Positions 40,691-51,368 of a stretch of DNA of 64,000 bases are shown here, piece after piece. The notes below the pieces were generated by a model. That model made no database searches, was not told the origin of the DNA, and worked only from the letters and a program-made list of their open reading frames with translations. Every line of letters starts with the position of its first letter. Positions within the stretch are counted from its first letter, which is position 1. Position numbers and translations under genes: made by a program. The stretch covers positions 35,528,001-35,592,000 of the forward strand of contig CM052818.1 of the NCBI GenBank assembly GCA_028534125.1, read 5' to 3'. This DNA comes from Lama glama (taxonomy: Eukaryota).

Positions 40691-42659
40691 ATACTAGTAA
40701 TTATACTGTTATTCAAAACACAGTTGAGGCTGAAATGTGCAGAAGGTCAGAAGTTATAAAGAGGTAAATTTTAGAAATGCTATCTAGCTCAGGCTTCATC
40801 CATGCAACAAGGATTCTGAGCACCTAACCTGTACCAGGCAGTGCTCTTGCGTTCTAAAGATGTGGTAGGGACCAAGAGAAGTGAGCTCCTTGCTTTCATG
40901 GAGCTGATGGTCGACTGGAGAACATGGACAAGAGAATTACTAGATTGTGGTCAATGGCTGTGCAGTGAATTAAAATAAGGCACATGAATGACAGGGACAG
41001 ACACCCCCCCTGGGTTATGGAGGCAGAAACAGCTTCTCAAGGGAGCAAACTCTCAAAAGACTCACATTCATTCGTGGAAAGAGAAATAACAATCACAGCT
41101 GGAAGGAGGGGCAAGAGCCTCAGCAAGTCCTGGCTGATGGCGAACCAGGAAGGAAGCTGAGAGCATAGTCGGTGGCAATTTCAGAGCAGAAAGGAATCAG
41201 AACCCACAAACTTGCTTTTGGACCAGTTTTCACTGTCTACTAACTGGGATACAGACAACAAAGGAACTATATTTTCAAAAGAAAATTCTAATTTAGACCA
41301 ATATTTATGAAATACCTGCTCTTTATGGGGGAACTCGGGGAGGAATTACTTTCAGATCTCAGCATCTCAGAAAGCTGTATTTGTCCTAGGCAACTGCATT
41401 TTAAAAAAATGTTTATAGATGCCATAAGTCTTGCAAATGACTTTCCTCCTCTATTTTGGCCTACAGGAAGCTCAAAAATGAATTTGCAACAGGCCTCTTG
41501 GTAGGTTTGTGTTTTTTTCCTGATACACCTTTATTTTTGGCTTTGTATTTTTTCTACTTAACTCTTAGATTTTCTTTGTATTGATCTCTTTATTTATTGT
41601 AGCACAGGTGTGTGTGTGTGTGTGTGTGTAAAATATATGCTCCAAATCCTCTCTAGAACTAGTTATAGTTAGATCATAATACGTTTACTGCTCTAGGTAA
41701 TTTAGCACCTATTTCAAAATAAACTGTCTTTTATATCTGCTTATATAACCCACATTTTATGTACCATGAGATTTTTTTTTTTAAGTTTTAATTCACCTTA
41801 TCTCCACCCACACCCCTCCCACCCACCCAGTCCTACTGCTTTTTTTTTTTTAAGGGGCAAACATCTTCCACAGCATATGCACAATTGTAACTGGTCCAAA
41901 GATTTCTCACTCTTTAGGCTACCGCCTATGGCTGCAGCATCTATTTCCTCCTCTTTCCTTCATTTTCCCATCACCTACCCCCACCCCCCGCAACCATTCT
42001 GCACATTGGTCCCCAGTTTCATTTCTTTAAAACATCAATTGAGCAAATCAGCCATTTGACAGTTTTAAACTCTTCACCGGCTCCTACTGCTCACAGGCAT
42101 AAGTGAAAACTCCTTATCATGACAAAATTTCCTTCTCCATCACATAATTCTCCACCTACCTGCCCAAATCCAGGTAGGCAGCTCCCCTGACTGTCCCCAG
42201 ACAGGTCTTCTCTTTCTCCTGCTCCATCCACTTACACTGGTGAGTACCTACCTGGCATGCCCTTCCCCCCAACCATCCCGCCTCAGAATCCCACACAAAT
42301 GCCTGCTCTCCTCTGAAGCTCTCCCAATGGCTCCACCTCCCAGTGGCCTCTTCCACGTCAAGGTACTGCTGGCTGATCATTTGAAGAGTAACTCCACTCC
42401 ACCTTGCAAAACTGCAATTTTGCTAAAACTGTCTTTGTATAATTTAACTCATTTGCCCACTGAAACTGGAATCTTCTTGATAGAAGGAACTTTTATACAT
42501 TTGTTTATCCCCCATGATGCCCTATATCGTATCGTACATAGTTGACACCCACAAATACTGGGTGGTTTATGTCTATTTCCCTTCAAAGCACAAAGCATCA
42601 AGCAAATGACAGGCAAGTGGTTAATATCCTCAATAAATAAAGCACTCAGACGCATATGA

Positions 42660-43280
42660 CAATTCACTAAAATGCAAAAGGTTAGAAAAATAGGAAATGT
42701 TTAACTTCACTAGTAATAAAGAATACAAGTTAAAATGTTATAATTTTTCTATCAAATCAGCAAAGATTAGGAAAAATTCTAACCTTTAATGCTTTTCAGA
42801 GTACAGGGAGACAGGTACTCTCATAACTGCTAGTGGGAGTGTAATCAATACAAATTGAAAAAAATTTGACAATATGTAACAAATCTTTTAAAATATCTAT
42901 ATACCTTCATCAATCCATTTAGAGGGCTATAACGTAGGGAAATATTCCAAAGTTCAGAGAAAGCTTTGGGTACCAGGTACTCCTCCCAGGGTTATAGTAC
43001 TGAATCTTTGTGAACAACTTAAAATATACCATAAGGAAATTGGACATCCATTCTGTGCACTATTACAAAGCATTAAAATGGTATTAAAAATGGCAGCCAG
43101 TGAGTTTGTACTAATTTTGGGGGGGATGTTTATATTCTAAGGTTAAGCAGAAAAAAGTAGAATACCAATTTATGTAAAATGAGTAATTCTAACCACATAA
43201 AGAAATTCATGGAAAGAAAGATATTAAAACAGTAAAAACAATTAGTTATATTTGTTTATGGTTTACTGTGCTGTCCAGAT
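42660..43280 (+). mobile_element. Old L1ME-like fragment
   Basis: aaatgtttaacttcactagtaataaagaat...ggtactctcataactgctagtgggagtgtaa. Confidence 0.6.
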
Positions 43281-45232
43281 TTTCTAGGATTGGCTGACTC
43301 CCAGAAAAAAAAAAAAAAGATGCTTTCCAAAGTAGATTTCTCTTTTGTTTATACCAGGAACAGTATCATAAGCACTGTTATTAAGATTATGTGACATAAG
43401 TTTTTGTTTACTTTTATTTTTGTCCCTTTTTAAAAATTAAGAAACGTCGAGAAGAGAGAGTTGAAGAAAGAGAAGGAGAAAGTGGGGGCGGCTCTCTTAT
43501 CTTGATTAATCCCTGCCATGAGGTAGGCGTTGTCATCTTGGAGAGCCAGGAAACAGGCTCGAAAGTCAAGCCCAAGGTTACCTGAGGGGCAGAGCCACCA
43601 TCACGACCAAGGTAACACACCAGAATCAGGCAACAAAGAGACACAAAAGGGCAAAAGCAGGCGAGCACAAAATCCTAGGGGTAATTTATACAACAGGAGA
43701 AAAAGGTTGGTTCTAGAGGGTAGGATTGTGGGTGGTTTTTTCCCTCCTCCCTTCTCCAGATTTTCCATAAGGTGGTATTAACTTTTTATTTTTATTTGTG
43801 CACAAGAAGAAAACTGCAACCGTTTGAATTCCCTGAACTGTGAGCAGCAAAAGAGAGAAACGAGCTCTACTCACCCCTGCCCCCTCCTAGGGGAATAGAG
43901 TCGGGAGGAGAAAGGTAGAGAGACAGGCCACCCAGCTTCCACTTGAACTAGCCACACACTGCACCACGCGGCTGTCTTAAGATTTGGGGGACGAGGTCGG
44001 AGCGTGCGTGCGTGTGCGTGCGCATGCGTGAGCGTGCGTGTGGTGGGAGGCACCTGTGATGGGAGCAGCAGGATCTATGGAGCTTTCTGCAAAGGTGAGT
44101 CTCTGTCCCGCAGCCCCACCCCGCATTTCCCCACACCGCCCAACACAGCCTCCCCCGCCCCCCTGCTCCACACGTGTGCTCTGTAACGCGCATTTACAGA
44201 AAGTTGTGCGCCACTACTATTTTCCCTACAGTCAGCTTTCTTGGCCGCAAATCATGAAGAAAGGCATCCGTTGGGGCTGAGGCAGCACATAGAAGTGAGG
44301 AGGGATTCGTCAGAGCAGCATTTGTGTTCGTGGGATTGGGCTACACAGACAGTGGTTCCGGGGAAATCCCTCCCAATCGTCTTTGTGGCCGGCTGCCCTA
44401 AATCTGGAGGCTCGTATTTCTTAGAGAGCTCGGCCTCATCTTGGTGGGTAAGGGGGATGCTCTCAGGCGGGACCACCATGGCTTCATCCCAAGGGAGAGG
44501 AATAGGAAAACTTACAGTTATGTAATTCTAACACACACACACACGCACACGCACACAAAACCTAGTGGGAATCCATTTTTTTTTGCAGAGAATTTGCCCA
44601 CAATCTTCCTCCTCCAGTACAAAGTGCTTTTATTTTTCCAGGTCCCTTGTCAATCTATGTTCATAAGTATAAACAAGAATGTGGAGAGTCACCTGTATCC
44701 TTTTGGAGAGCCATTTCTAGAAAGTGACTGGGGTTGAGGGGTGAGTGAGTAAGTGGTGAGGAGGCAGCTGGGTGAGTTTGGTGAAGGGAAGTCGTTCAGT
44801 GGCTTGAGTGGCTAGGTAAGTCAAGATGGTTTGTGTGTTTAAGCTGGGGTGAAAGGGGATGCAACAGGCATCTTCAGGAGCCAGTAGAGAGGAAGAGAGA
44901 AGGGGAAAGGCCCAAGAGGACCTGAAGGGCATAGGCTCTTGAGCAGTTGGTCTTGTGTGTGCAGAATCTCTTAAAATGCACTGTCACATACAGCATCCAG
45001 CGCTGAGGCTCACAAAGACCTGGGCAGTAGACGGGCCACTCATTATTTTATATAGAGATATAATTCCACTTGTCTGAGGTGAAATAGCTGCGAACTGGCT
45101 CTAGGTTGAGATGGGCTGACCCCAGATCTAGGATCCTTTCTGTTCCAGATAGAATTGTGTCCTCTCACAGAGAGAGGGGGGCCTTATTCTCCCACAGACT
45201 GAAGGAAAAGATGGGGGAGACTGAGGACTCAG

Positions 45233-45344
45233 GAAGGCTGGGTTGCTGGGGGCAGAGGTAAGGTGAGGAGGAGACAGAGGGGAGTTGAAGGCTGGGTTGC
45301 TGGGGGCAGAGGTAAGGTGAGGAGGAGACAGAGGGGAGTTGAAG
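45233..45344. repeat. Perfect 54-bp tandem duplication (2 copies plus 4 nt)
   Basis: GAAGGCTGGGTTGCTGGGGGCAGAGGTAAGGTGAGGAGGAGACAGAGGGGAGTT at 45233-45286 and 45287-45340. Confidence 0.95.
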
Positions 45345-46932
45345 ATCCATCCAGGAGCATCAAGCAGCTGAGAAGTGGCAGTGGGAGTGAGATTAGACAC
45401 ATTTATAATGGATCCAGTAACCAAGGTGAGTGGTCAAGGGACACCTTACCTAAAGCTCTTAGGTGACTCTTGGTTCTACATGGGGGCGTCACTGTCCATC
45501 AGTTAATAAAATCCCTGGTGGCATTTTCTTGATGAGCATTTACCCAAGGCATCAGGGGAGGGGAAGGGCACTGGGCTAGGAAGCCCCAGTTTTGCTTTTG
45601 CCTTATTCCATCGAACTGCGTCACCTTGGATAAATCACTTGGAAAATAAGAACCAAATATAAAAAGTCTATGATTCTATGCCTTTCTAACCTCCCTATCC
45701 ACATCTTTTTTCATCACTCTGTTGTCTCTGAAAAGGGAATGATAATAAGTATGACATGGAACATTTCTTTTCATGAAAGTCAAGAAAATACTAAAATCCA
45801 GGCCAATGAGCTCTCCCCTTGGAGAGTGGGCACCTCTCACACCAACAAAGACAAGGCTTTGCACTAAGCAAGAAATTATCATCACCCAGCCAGCACTGGC
45901 GTGACTTTGCTGCAGGCAACTGCCCAGAGGATTCCTTCTTTGTAATCTTTCTATGAATGATTCAGGGGTAAAGTACCATCTCTTTGCATCTGGAGGCATA
46001 AGAACATATTACAAAGGAGAACTGAAAATCTGTGGTGTATCCAAAGATAGCACCCAGATATGTCAGCTTCCTGGTTCACCTTTCTGTACCATCCAACTCT
46101 TCGTTGACTTGCTTCATACAATACAGGCAGAGTGGGACCCCCCACCCTCACCCCAATGCTGAGGTATCCTGGGATCAGTTATCCAATGGTGTCAGACTAA
46201 ATGCTTCGAGGTGACCCAGCAGAACTAGGGTTCCTAACTCTTCTTCATTCTGATGGGCCTTGTCCCAACTCCTTCCCCACTGCAGGTGCCCCTGCACTCA
46301 CATGCTTTTGTCAAGTGATCTGCAGCTTTAGGCTGCTCACTGTGCAGAAAAGAATGGGGGAAAACAGAGGGTAAGAAAATATAGCTCTCTCCTGGGAACC
46401 TCACAACCTCCTAGCTTATAAAATACAACCTCCTTGTTACCTTCCTGCAGAGTCCCCACTGGCCAGCAGAACATGCACTGAAGTCAAGCTCCCCTCCCAC
46501 CCCACTCCCCAGCTTTGGCGCATCCAAGAGAAATGATACTTGCTGAAGGGACCTGCTGATGTTTTGACCTGTTCAGAAATGCACATGTGACCAAGGGGGT
46601 AGGAAAGGAAGCTCATTAAAAGGCTGAGTGTCTCTAAATAGTGAGGCCCACCGACTGCTAAGCCTTTGCACTGTGTTCACAGCTTCCTGTGCCTCCAACA
46701 AACTTCGTGACTCACCAGTCTGTCTGCAGAGTTAGGCAGCTGAGCGGCCTCAGTGATGGGTTAAATTGGGGGAATGTGCTTTTCTTCTGACACTCACCCT
46801 TCAGGTGCGGCCTGGGCCCCTACCTGGCAGTGGGGGTGGAAGCTGAGCACAGCTCTAGCTCTTTTGCTGGTCCTAAAGAGCTGCCAGAGCCCGAGTTCTG
46901 ATGGACTTACATCCATAAGGATCCTCTCTCTC

Positions 46933-46933
<1 letters not shown>

Positions 46934-47011
<78 letters not shown>
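46934..47011. repeat. Compound microsatellite (TGTC)n(TC)n(AC)n
   Basis: Seen directly. Confidence 0.95.
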
Positions 47012-47012
<1 letters not shown>

Positions 47013-47279
47013 AGCTCAGAGCATCTGGAGGCTCTATAATGCAGTTGATTTCTAGACTGGTCGGGGTCGCCACTGTTCCATTCGTCAGAGCTGCAATCTG
47101 GGACCCAAAGTGCTCTTTTCTTCACCCACACTGCCTCCAAAACCAGGGGAATTCCTGGAAATTTTAAAAGCAGAACAGTGCACCATGAGGGTCTGGCTAA
47201 CTGTTGCACATCAGTTAAAGGGACAGACGGGGAAGGGGGCAAGAGGTGTCAGGGGACAACAAGAGATGGCTACCCAGAG

Positions 47280-48720
47280 CTGCGCGGCACCCTCAGCAGC
47301 GTCTCCCCCTTTCATCGCAGCGGAGGGCATATCTGGAAGTTCGGGAGCCTGGGTCCCATGGGCGGCAGAGGCATGCGGAGGCCAGGTCCATCCATGGGCG
47401 GCGAGACCATACACCCAGAACTGGCTCGCCGTCCAGCCCTCTGCACCGCGGGCGCCACCTCCCACATCCTCGGGACCGGCACAAGGCAGGCAGCGAGCGT
47501 CTCCCTGCAATCCCGGACCAGCTTCCCGCATAAAACTCCCCAGCACAACCCGCTTTGTTAATTCTGCGAATGCTGTCACACGACCACCTCCACCAACACT
47601 CCCTGTCTGCTCGGCTCCAAGGGAGACTCGCTCTCCCCAGAACCCAGCCGCTCCGGATCCCTCTAGGCCCCCGCCCCCTGACGGACCACCGCCCACCCGC
47701 CCCAGCGCTTGCAAACCAGCGACCCGAAAGACCTCGAAGACCCCAGGGTCCCCGGCCGTGAGCATCTTTGTCCTCTCAGCGCAGAAGCGCGCGCACAGAA
47801 CCACAGAAAGAGCCTAGCTGGGCACCGCGTTCGCGCCCCCTGGGCCTCGCCGGGGCCCCACAAGGGGACAAAGGTCCGCGTCCCGCAAGTTTGCGAGCCT
47901 GGAGGCAGAGCCCTCCTTACCGTACATCTTGGCGGGGCGAGCGCCTCCTGGGAGGCCGCGTCGCCTGCAGCCAGCCCCCGGCGGCGCCGGCCTTTCATTC
48001 ACAGCCGAGGCGGCGGATGGCGGCAGCTGGCGGAGGCCCGGGCTGGGCGGGAGCGGGAGCTGGAACACGGGCTGGACGCGGGAGGGCCGGAGCCGGGAGC
48101 CGCGCGCCCATTCAGCAGCCCGGGCTGAGCGCGGCCGGCCTCCGCTCGGGTTTCTGGGCAGGGCTCCGCCGAGAGGGGCGGTGACTATGCTAATTAAGGT
48201 CCCTCCCCCCGGGGCTCGGCCACTGCCTGGCCGCCCCGCCCACGTCCCGCCGCGCCCAACCTCGCCCCCCCCGCACTTCCCCACCTCGGGTAAACCCAAA
48301 TCCCTAGATGCGCTCTTCTCAGGCTTTCACCCCTAGGTGCTGGGTGGCGCGTTTTCCAACCTCAACGTCCCCCGGGGGAAGTGATCCACCCGAACTCCCT
48401 GCTCCGGTTGGAACGCTCAGGCCCGCAGCTGAGATCTCCCATAACCCGTGGGCCCCGAGAGTCGGAAGGGACACTGAAATCTGCGGAGGTACCCACTCCC
48501 CCAGATTTATCCAGGATGCGTTGGTTGAGCCAGGGGGCGCCAGGAAGAGGAATTGGGGGAATAACCCTCCGCTCTCCCTTGGCCTCCTTAATAACCCCCT
48601 TCCCTAATTAAGCGCTCAGTTGTGGCCCTCCCTGTCACTCTTGGCCAAGTGCCGGCTACCAAAGCGCGTCCTCCCTGAGTCAGGTACGCAGGAAACGCAG
48701 CCCTTCCCACCCCTCAAGCG
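47280..48720. promoter_or_regulatory. CpG island / EFR3B promoter
   Basis: Very GC- and CpG-rich stretch around exon 1, with a GC box (gccccgccc ~48233-48241). No obvious TATA box. Confidence 0.9.
47921..47927 (-). CDS. EFR3B: EFR3B coding exon 1 (ATG TAC G; Met-Tyr-Gly start)
   Basis: Minus strand reads gccaagATGTACG|gtaagg inside the CpG island: A at -3, strong donor, and phase 1 matches exon 2. Confidence 0.93.
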
Positions 48721-49869
48721 CTGCAGGAAGTCAGCTTGCTTTTCTTCTCCCAGATTCACAAGGGCAAATCACAAGCTTTGCAGCCAGAATCCTCTCTACC
48801 GGTGCCCCAGGGCCGACTTCACCTTCTGTGACCGTGTGACAAACAGACACAGATGGACAGAAGGCTCACGCCTGAAGACATCTTCTAGCCCAGCTCTGAG
48901 CTTCTCTAAGGCGTCTCACTCAGACTCTACATTTCACACATTTACCTGTGCTTTCAACATCTATTCCTTAGTTTCTTCCTTGGCCCATGATTGAGGGGTT
49001 TTGTCCTCAAAATATTCTACTAGTAGAAGTTGGGGAGAGGAGAACCTTAAAGATGGTGTAATGTCTCCCATTTTAATGAAGAGAAAACTGAGGCTGTGAG
49101 AGGTTAATTTATGTTCTTTTTCCTTAGATACACTGAGCTGTGTGTCTATAGGCCAGTCATCTCCCTCTCTGAACCTCAGCTTCCTGCAGGACTGTTGGGA
49201 AATTTATGTAAAACCTATATGAAAGTACACAGTGGGCATTCAGTGTATTTATTTTCTTTCCTTCCTCACCCAAGGCAGGGACAGAGCCAAAGAGAGAATG
49301 CTGGACTTTCAGATCAGTACTCTTTTCTGTTGTACCCCAAACCCAAGTTTCCCATTTCTCTCTGGCTTCACCAGCTCTTCCCGCTCCCTTGAGGTTCCTT
49401 TTGTTCCTTTTCCTTTAACCCTTTACCTCTCTTAGCAGACATACAAGTCCTAGAGGCCCCATGGAAAACTCTGGGAAGGTTTCTGGAGCTCATATGTAGC
49501 CTGTACCCTCGGATGACATACAAAGAGTCTCTGCTTTCTACTCTCCAGTTCTAGGACCAGGTCAGGGGACTTTGAGATTTACTGAGAGTCACTTTTGCCC
49601 TTGAATCAGGGCAGCGGGGTGAATTTGGAGTCTAATTTGGTCTGGACACCTAGAGATATCCCTACACCAACACTCTGTGAAACACAAAATATACTCATTA
49701 AACACTGCAGTCTGCATCACAGTGGGAAATGTAGTGTCTGTCTTCACAGAAATCTCTAGGAGGGAGTACAAGACAAATACTAATAAAAACATTGCATGAC
49801 AAGGAAGAATATGGTGAATTGTGCATGAGAAGCACAGACCTCTGTTTAGACCTTCAGAGAGCCGATAGG

Positions 49870-50270
49870 CTAATTCATTCTTTTTATCAAATATTTACTG
49901 CTCTCTTCATACTATGTGCTAGACCTGTGGAAGATGCTCAGGAGAGGGGAGACATGCAAAAACTACAATAACGTTTGATAATTACTATGGTGGAGGCCCA
50001 TAGAAGAGGCAGAGTAGAGCTTCATGAAGGAAAAGCATTCAAAATGGGTTTTGAAGAATGGGCAGGATTTCTAGATGTGAAGATAACATGAATAATTCCA
50101 GCCAGAGGGAATACAATTTGCTACGGTCAGAATGGTAGAGGATGGAGAGTCTTATCTGGCTGGAATAGGGTTGAGGACAGGGAGCAGAAATAGGAAGGGA
50201 AGCTGGGAACATAGTCTGGGGCCATGTTGAGAGGGTCTTGAGCACCCAATCCAAAGGCTTTCCTGTTAAA
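49870..50270 (-). mobile_element. L2 LINE 3' fragment
   Basis: ttcattcttttt atcaaatatttactg...tactatgtgctag...gttttgaagaatgggcaggatt is an L2-like terminus. Confidence 0.6.
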
Positions 50271-50272
50271 TC

Positions 50273-50432
50273 TAGGGCTGCCAGATTTAGCAAATAAAAA
50301 TATAGAATGACCAATTAAATTTGAATTTTGAATAAATAAAGCATAATTTTGAGTGTGTGTCCCATATTATACTAAAAATTTTTTTGTTTAGCTGAAATTC
50401 AGATTCAGCCCATGTTTTATCTGGCAGCTTTA
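50273..50432. mobile_element. MER53-like palindromic hAT MITE
   Basis: Terminal inverted repeats TAGGGCTGCCAGAT / ATCTGGCAGCTTTA; internal inverted aaatttgaattt / gctgaaattcaga. Confidence 0.8.
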
Positions 50433-51251
50433 GTTAGTGCCATCCTTTGCAAGGGTGCTTCTGGATCCTTATGACTGAACCAGATCTGGAGTTTTTCTCC
50501 CCCTCCACCATTGGCATATGGTCCCTAAGGGCACCGGGATGGGGTCACTCTGGCCAGTCTGCATCCTTTGCCATAGGTGCTTTGGCCCAAAGATTCTAGC
50601 CCCCCTGGGACTATACATTCAGTGGTGAAGGAATCTGACCCAGACCCAGCTTCTTTGAGGTCTAGTTGAGATGTTTAGATAAAATATGTGCAGGAAGTGG
50701 TACTGTATAAGTCCAGGGAGTGCTATTACTCACACATGAGGAAGCTGAGACTTGAGGGGAACACAATCTTCTGGCTCACAGTTTAAAACAAAAGAGTACA
50801 ACCCAAGGGCCCCAATATCCAGAATAGTGCACCCATGGAAAAATGCCAAGCAGATATCAGCTATTTAGGAGAACTAGGGAAAGGAGGGAAAGTCAGAATT
50901 AGGATTCCCACCCTAACTGGGTTCTTACTTTATCTGCAGAAATCCAAAACATGGGATGGCTATGACAGAAAGAAAAGTGGAGAAGAAATAACATTTAGTG
51001 CATGCCCACTGAGCCGCAGGTTCTGTGCTAGCACCTTACACAGGTTGTCTGATGCAGCGCTCCCAGCGGCCTTGCAAGGTCCGTACTAATATTCCCATTT
51101 TACAGCTGGGAAATGGAGGTTCAGCGGGGTGGGAGAACTCTCTAGTAAATGAAATGGAATTCATTTCCGGGCCCCCCGGCTGTGCCCTACATACTCTCTA
51201 CCCTCTACCTTCCTGACTTTGCAAATTGTATTTCCTCTGGCTGGAATTATT

Positions 51252-51368
51252 ATTATTTAAAAAAAATTTTTTGGTGGGTGGAGGTAATTATGTTTATTTT
51301 TTGATGGAGGTGCTGGGGGTTCTACCCAGGAACTAGACACACACTCTAGCACTGAGCTATACCCTCCT
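51252..51368 (-). mobile_element. Vic-1-like SINE with internal deletion
   Basis: Perfect 17-bp TSD CTCTGGCTGGAATTATT at 51235-51251 and 51369-51385. Confidence 0.88.

Larger units (their letters stand above)
1..48150 (-). other. EFR3B: EFR3B gene, 5' portion (exons 1-4, introns 1-3, part of intron 4); TSS position approximate; gene continues past position 1
   Basis: Four exons splice in frame (7+77+128+151 = 363 nt, 121 codons) with canonical GT-AG ends. The N-terminus MYGVCGCCGALRPRYKRLVDNIFPEDPE matches EFR3B as I recall it, not EFR3A (MPTRVCCCCSALRP...). Introns are 33,687, 1,040 and 8,175 nt. Confidence 0.96.

Noticed and set aside
43410..43530. Possible antisense exon (plus-strand pyrimidine tract, AG ... 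GAG|GTAGGC)
   Set aside because: Splice-like motifs only; no partner exons or protein similarity.
45233..45344. Direct repeats as a possible CRISPR-like array
   Set aside because: Only two adjacent copies, no spacers, and a eukaryotic context.
47110..48336. Many long overlapping Pro/Arg/Gly/Ala-rich ORFs (up to 235 aa), including an open in-frame stretch upstream of the EFR3B ATG
   Set aside because: Expected from stop-codon scarcity in a CpG island. There is no in-frame upstream ATG and no family similarity.
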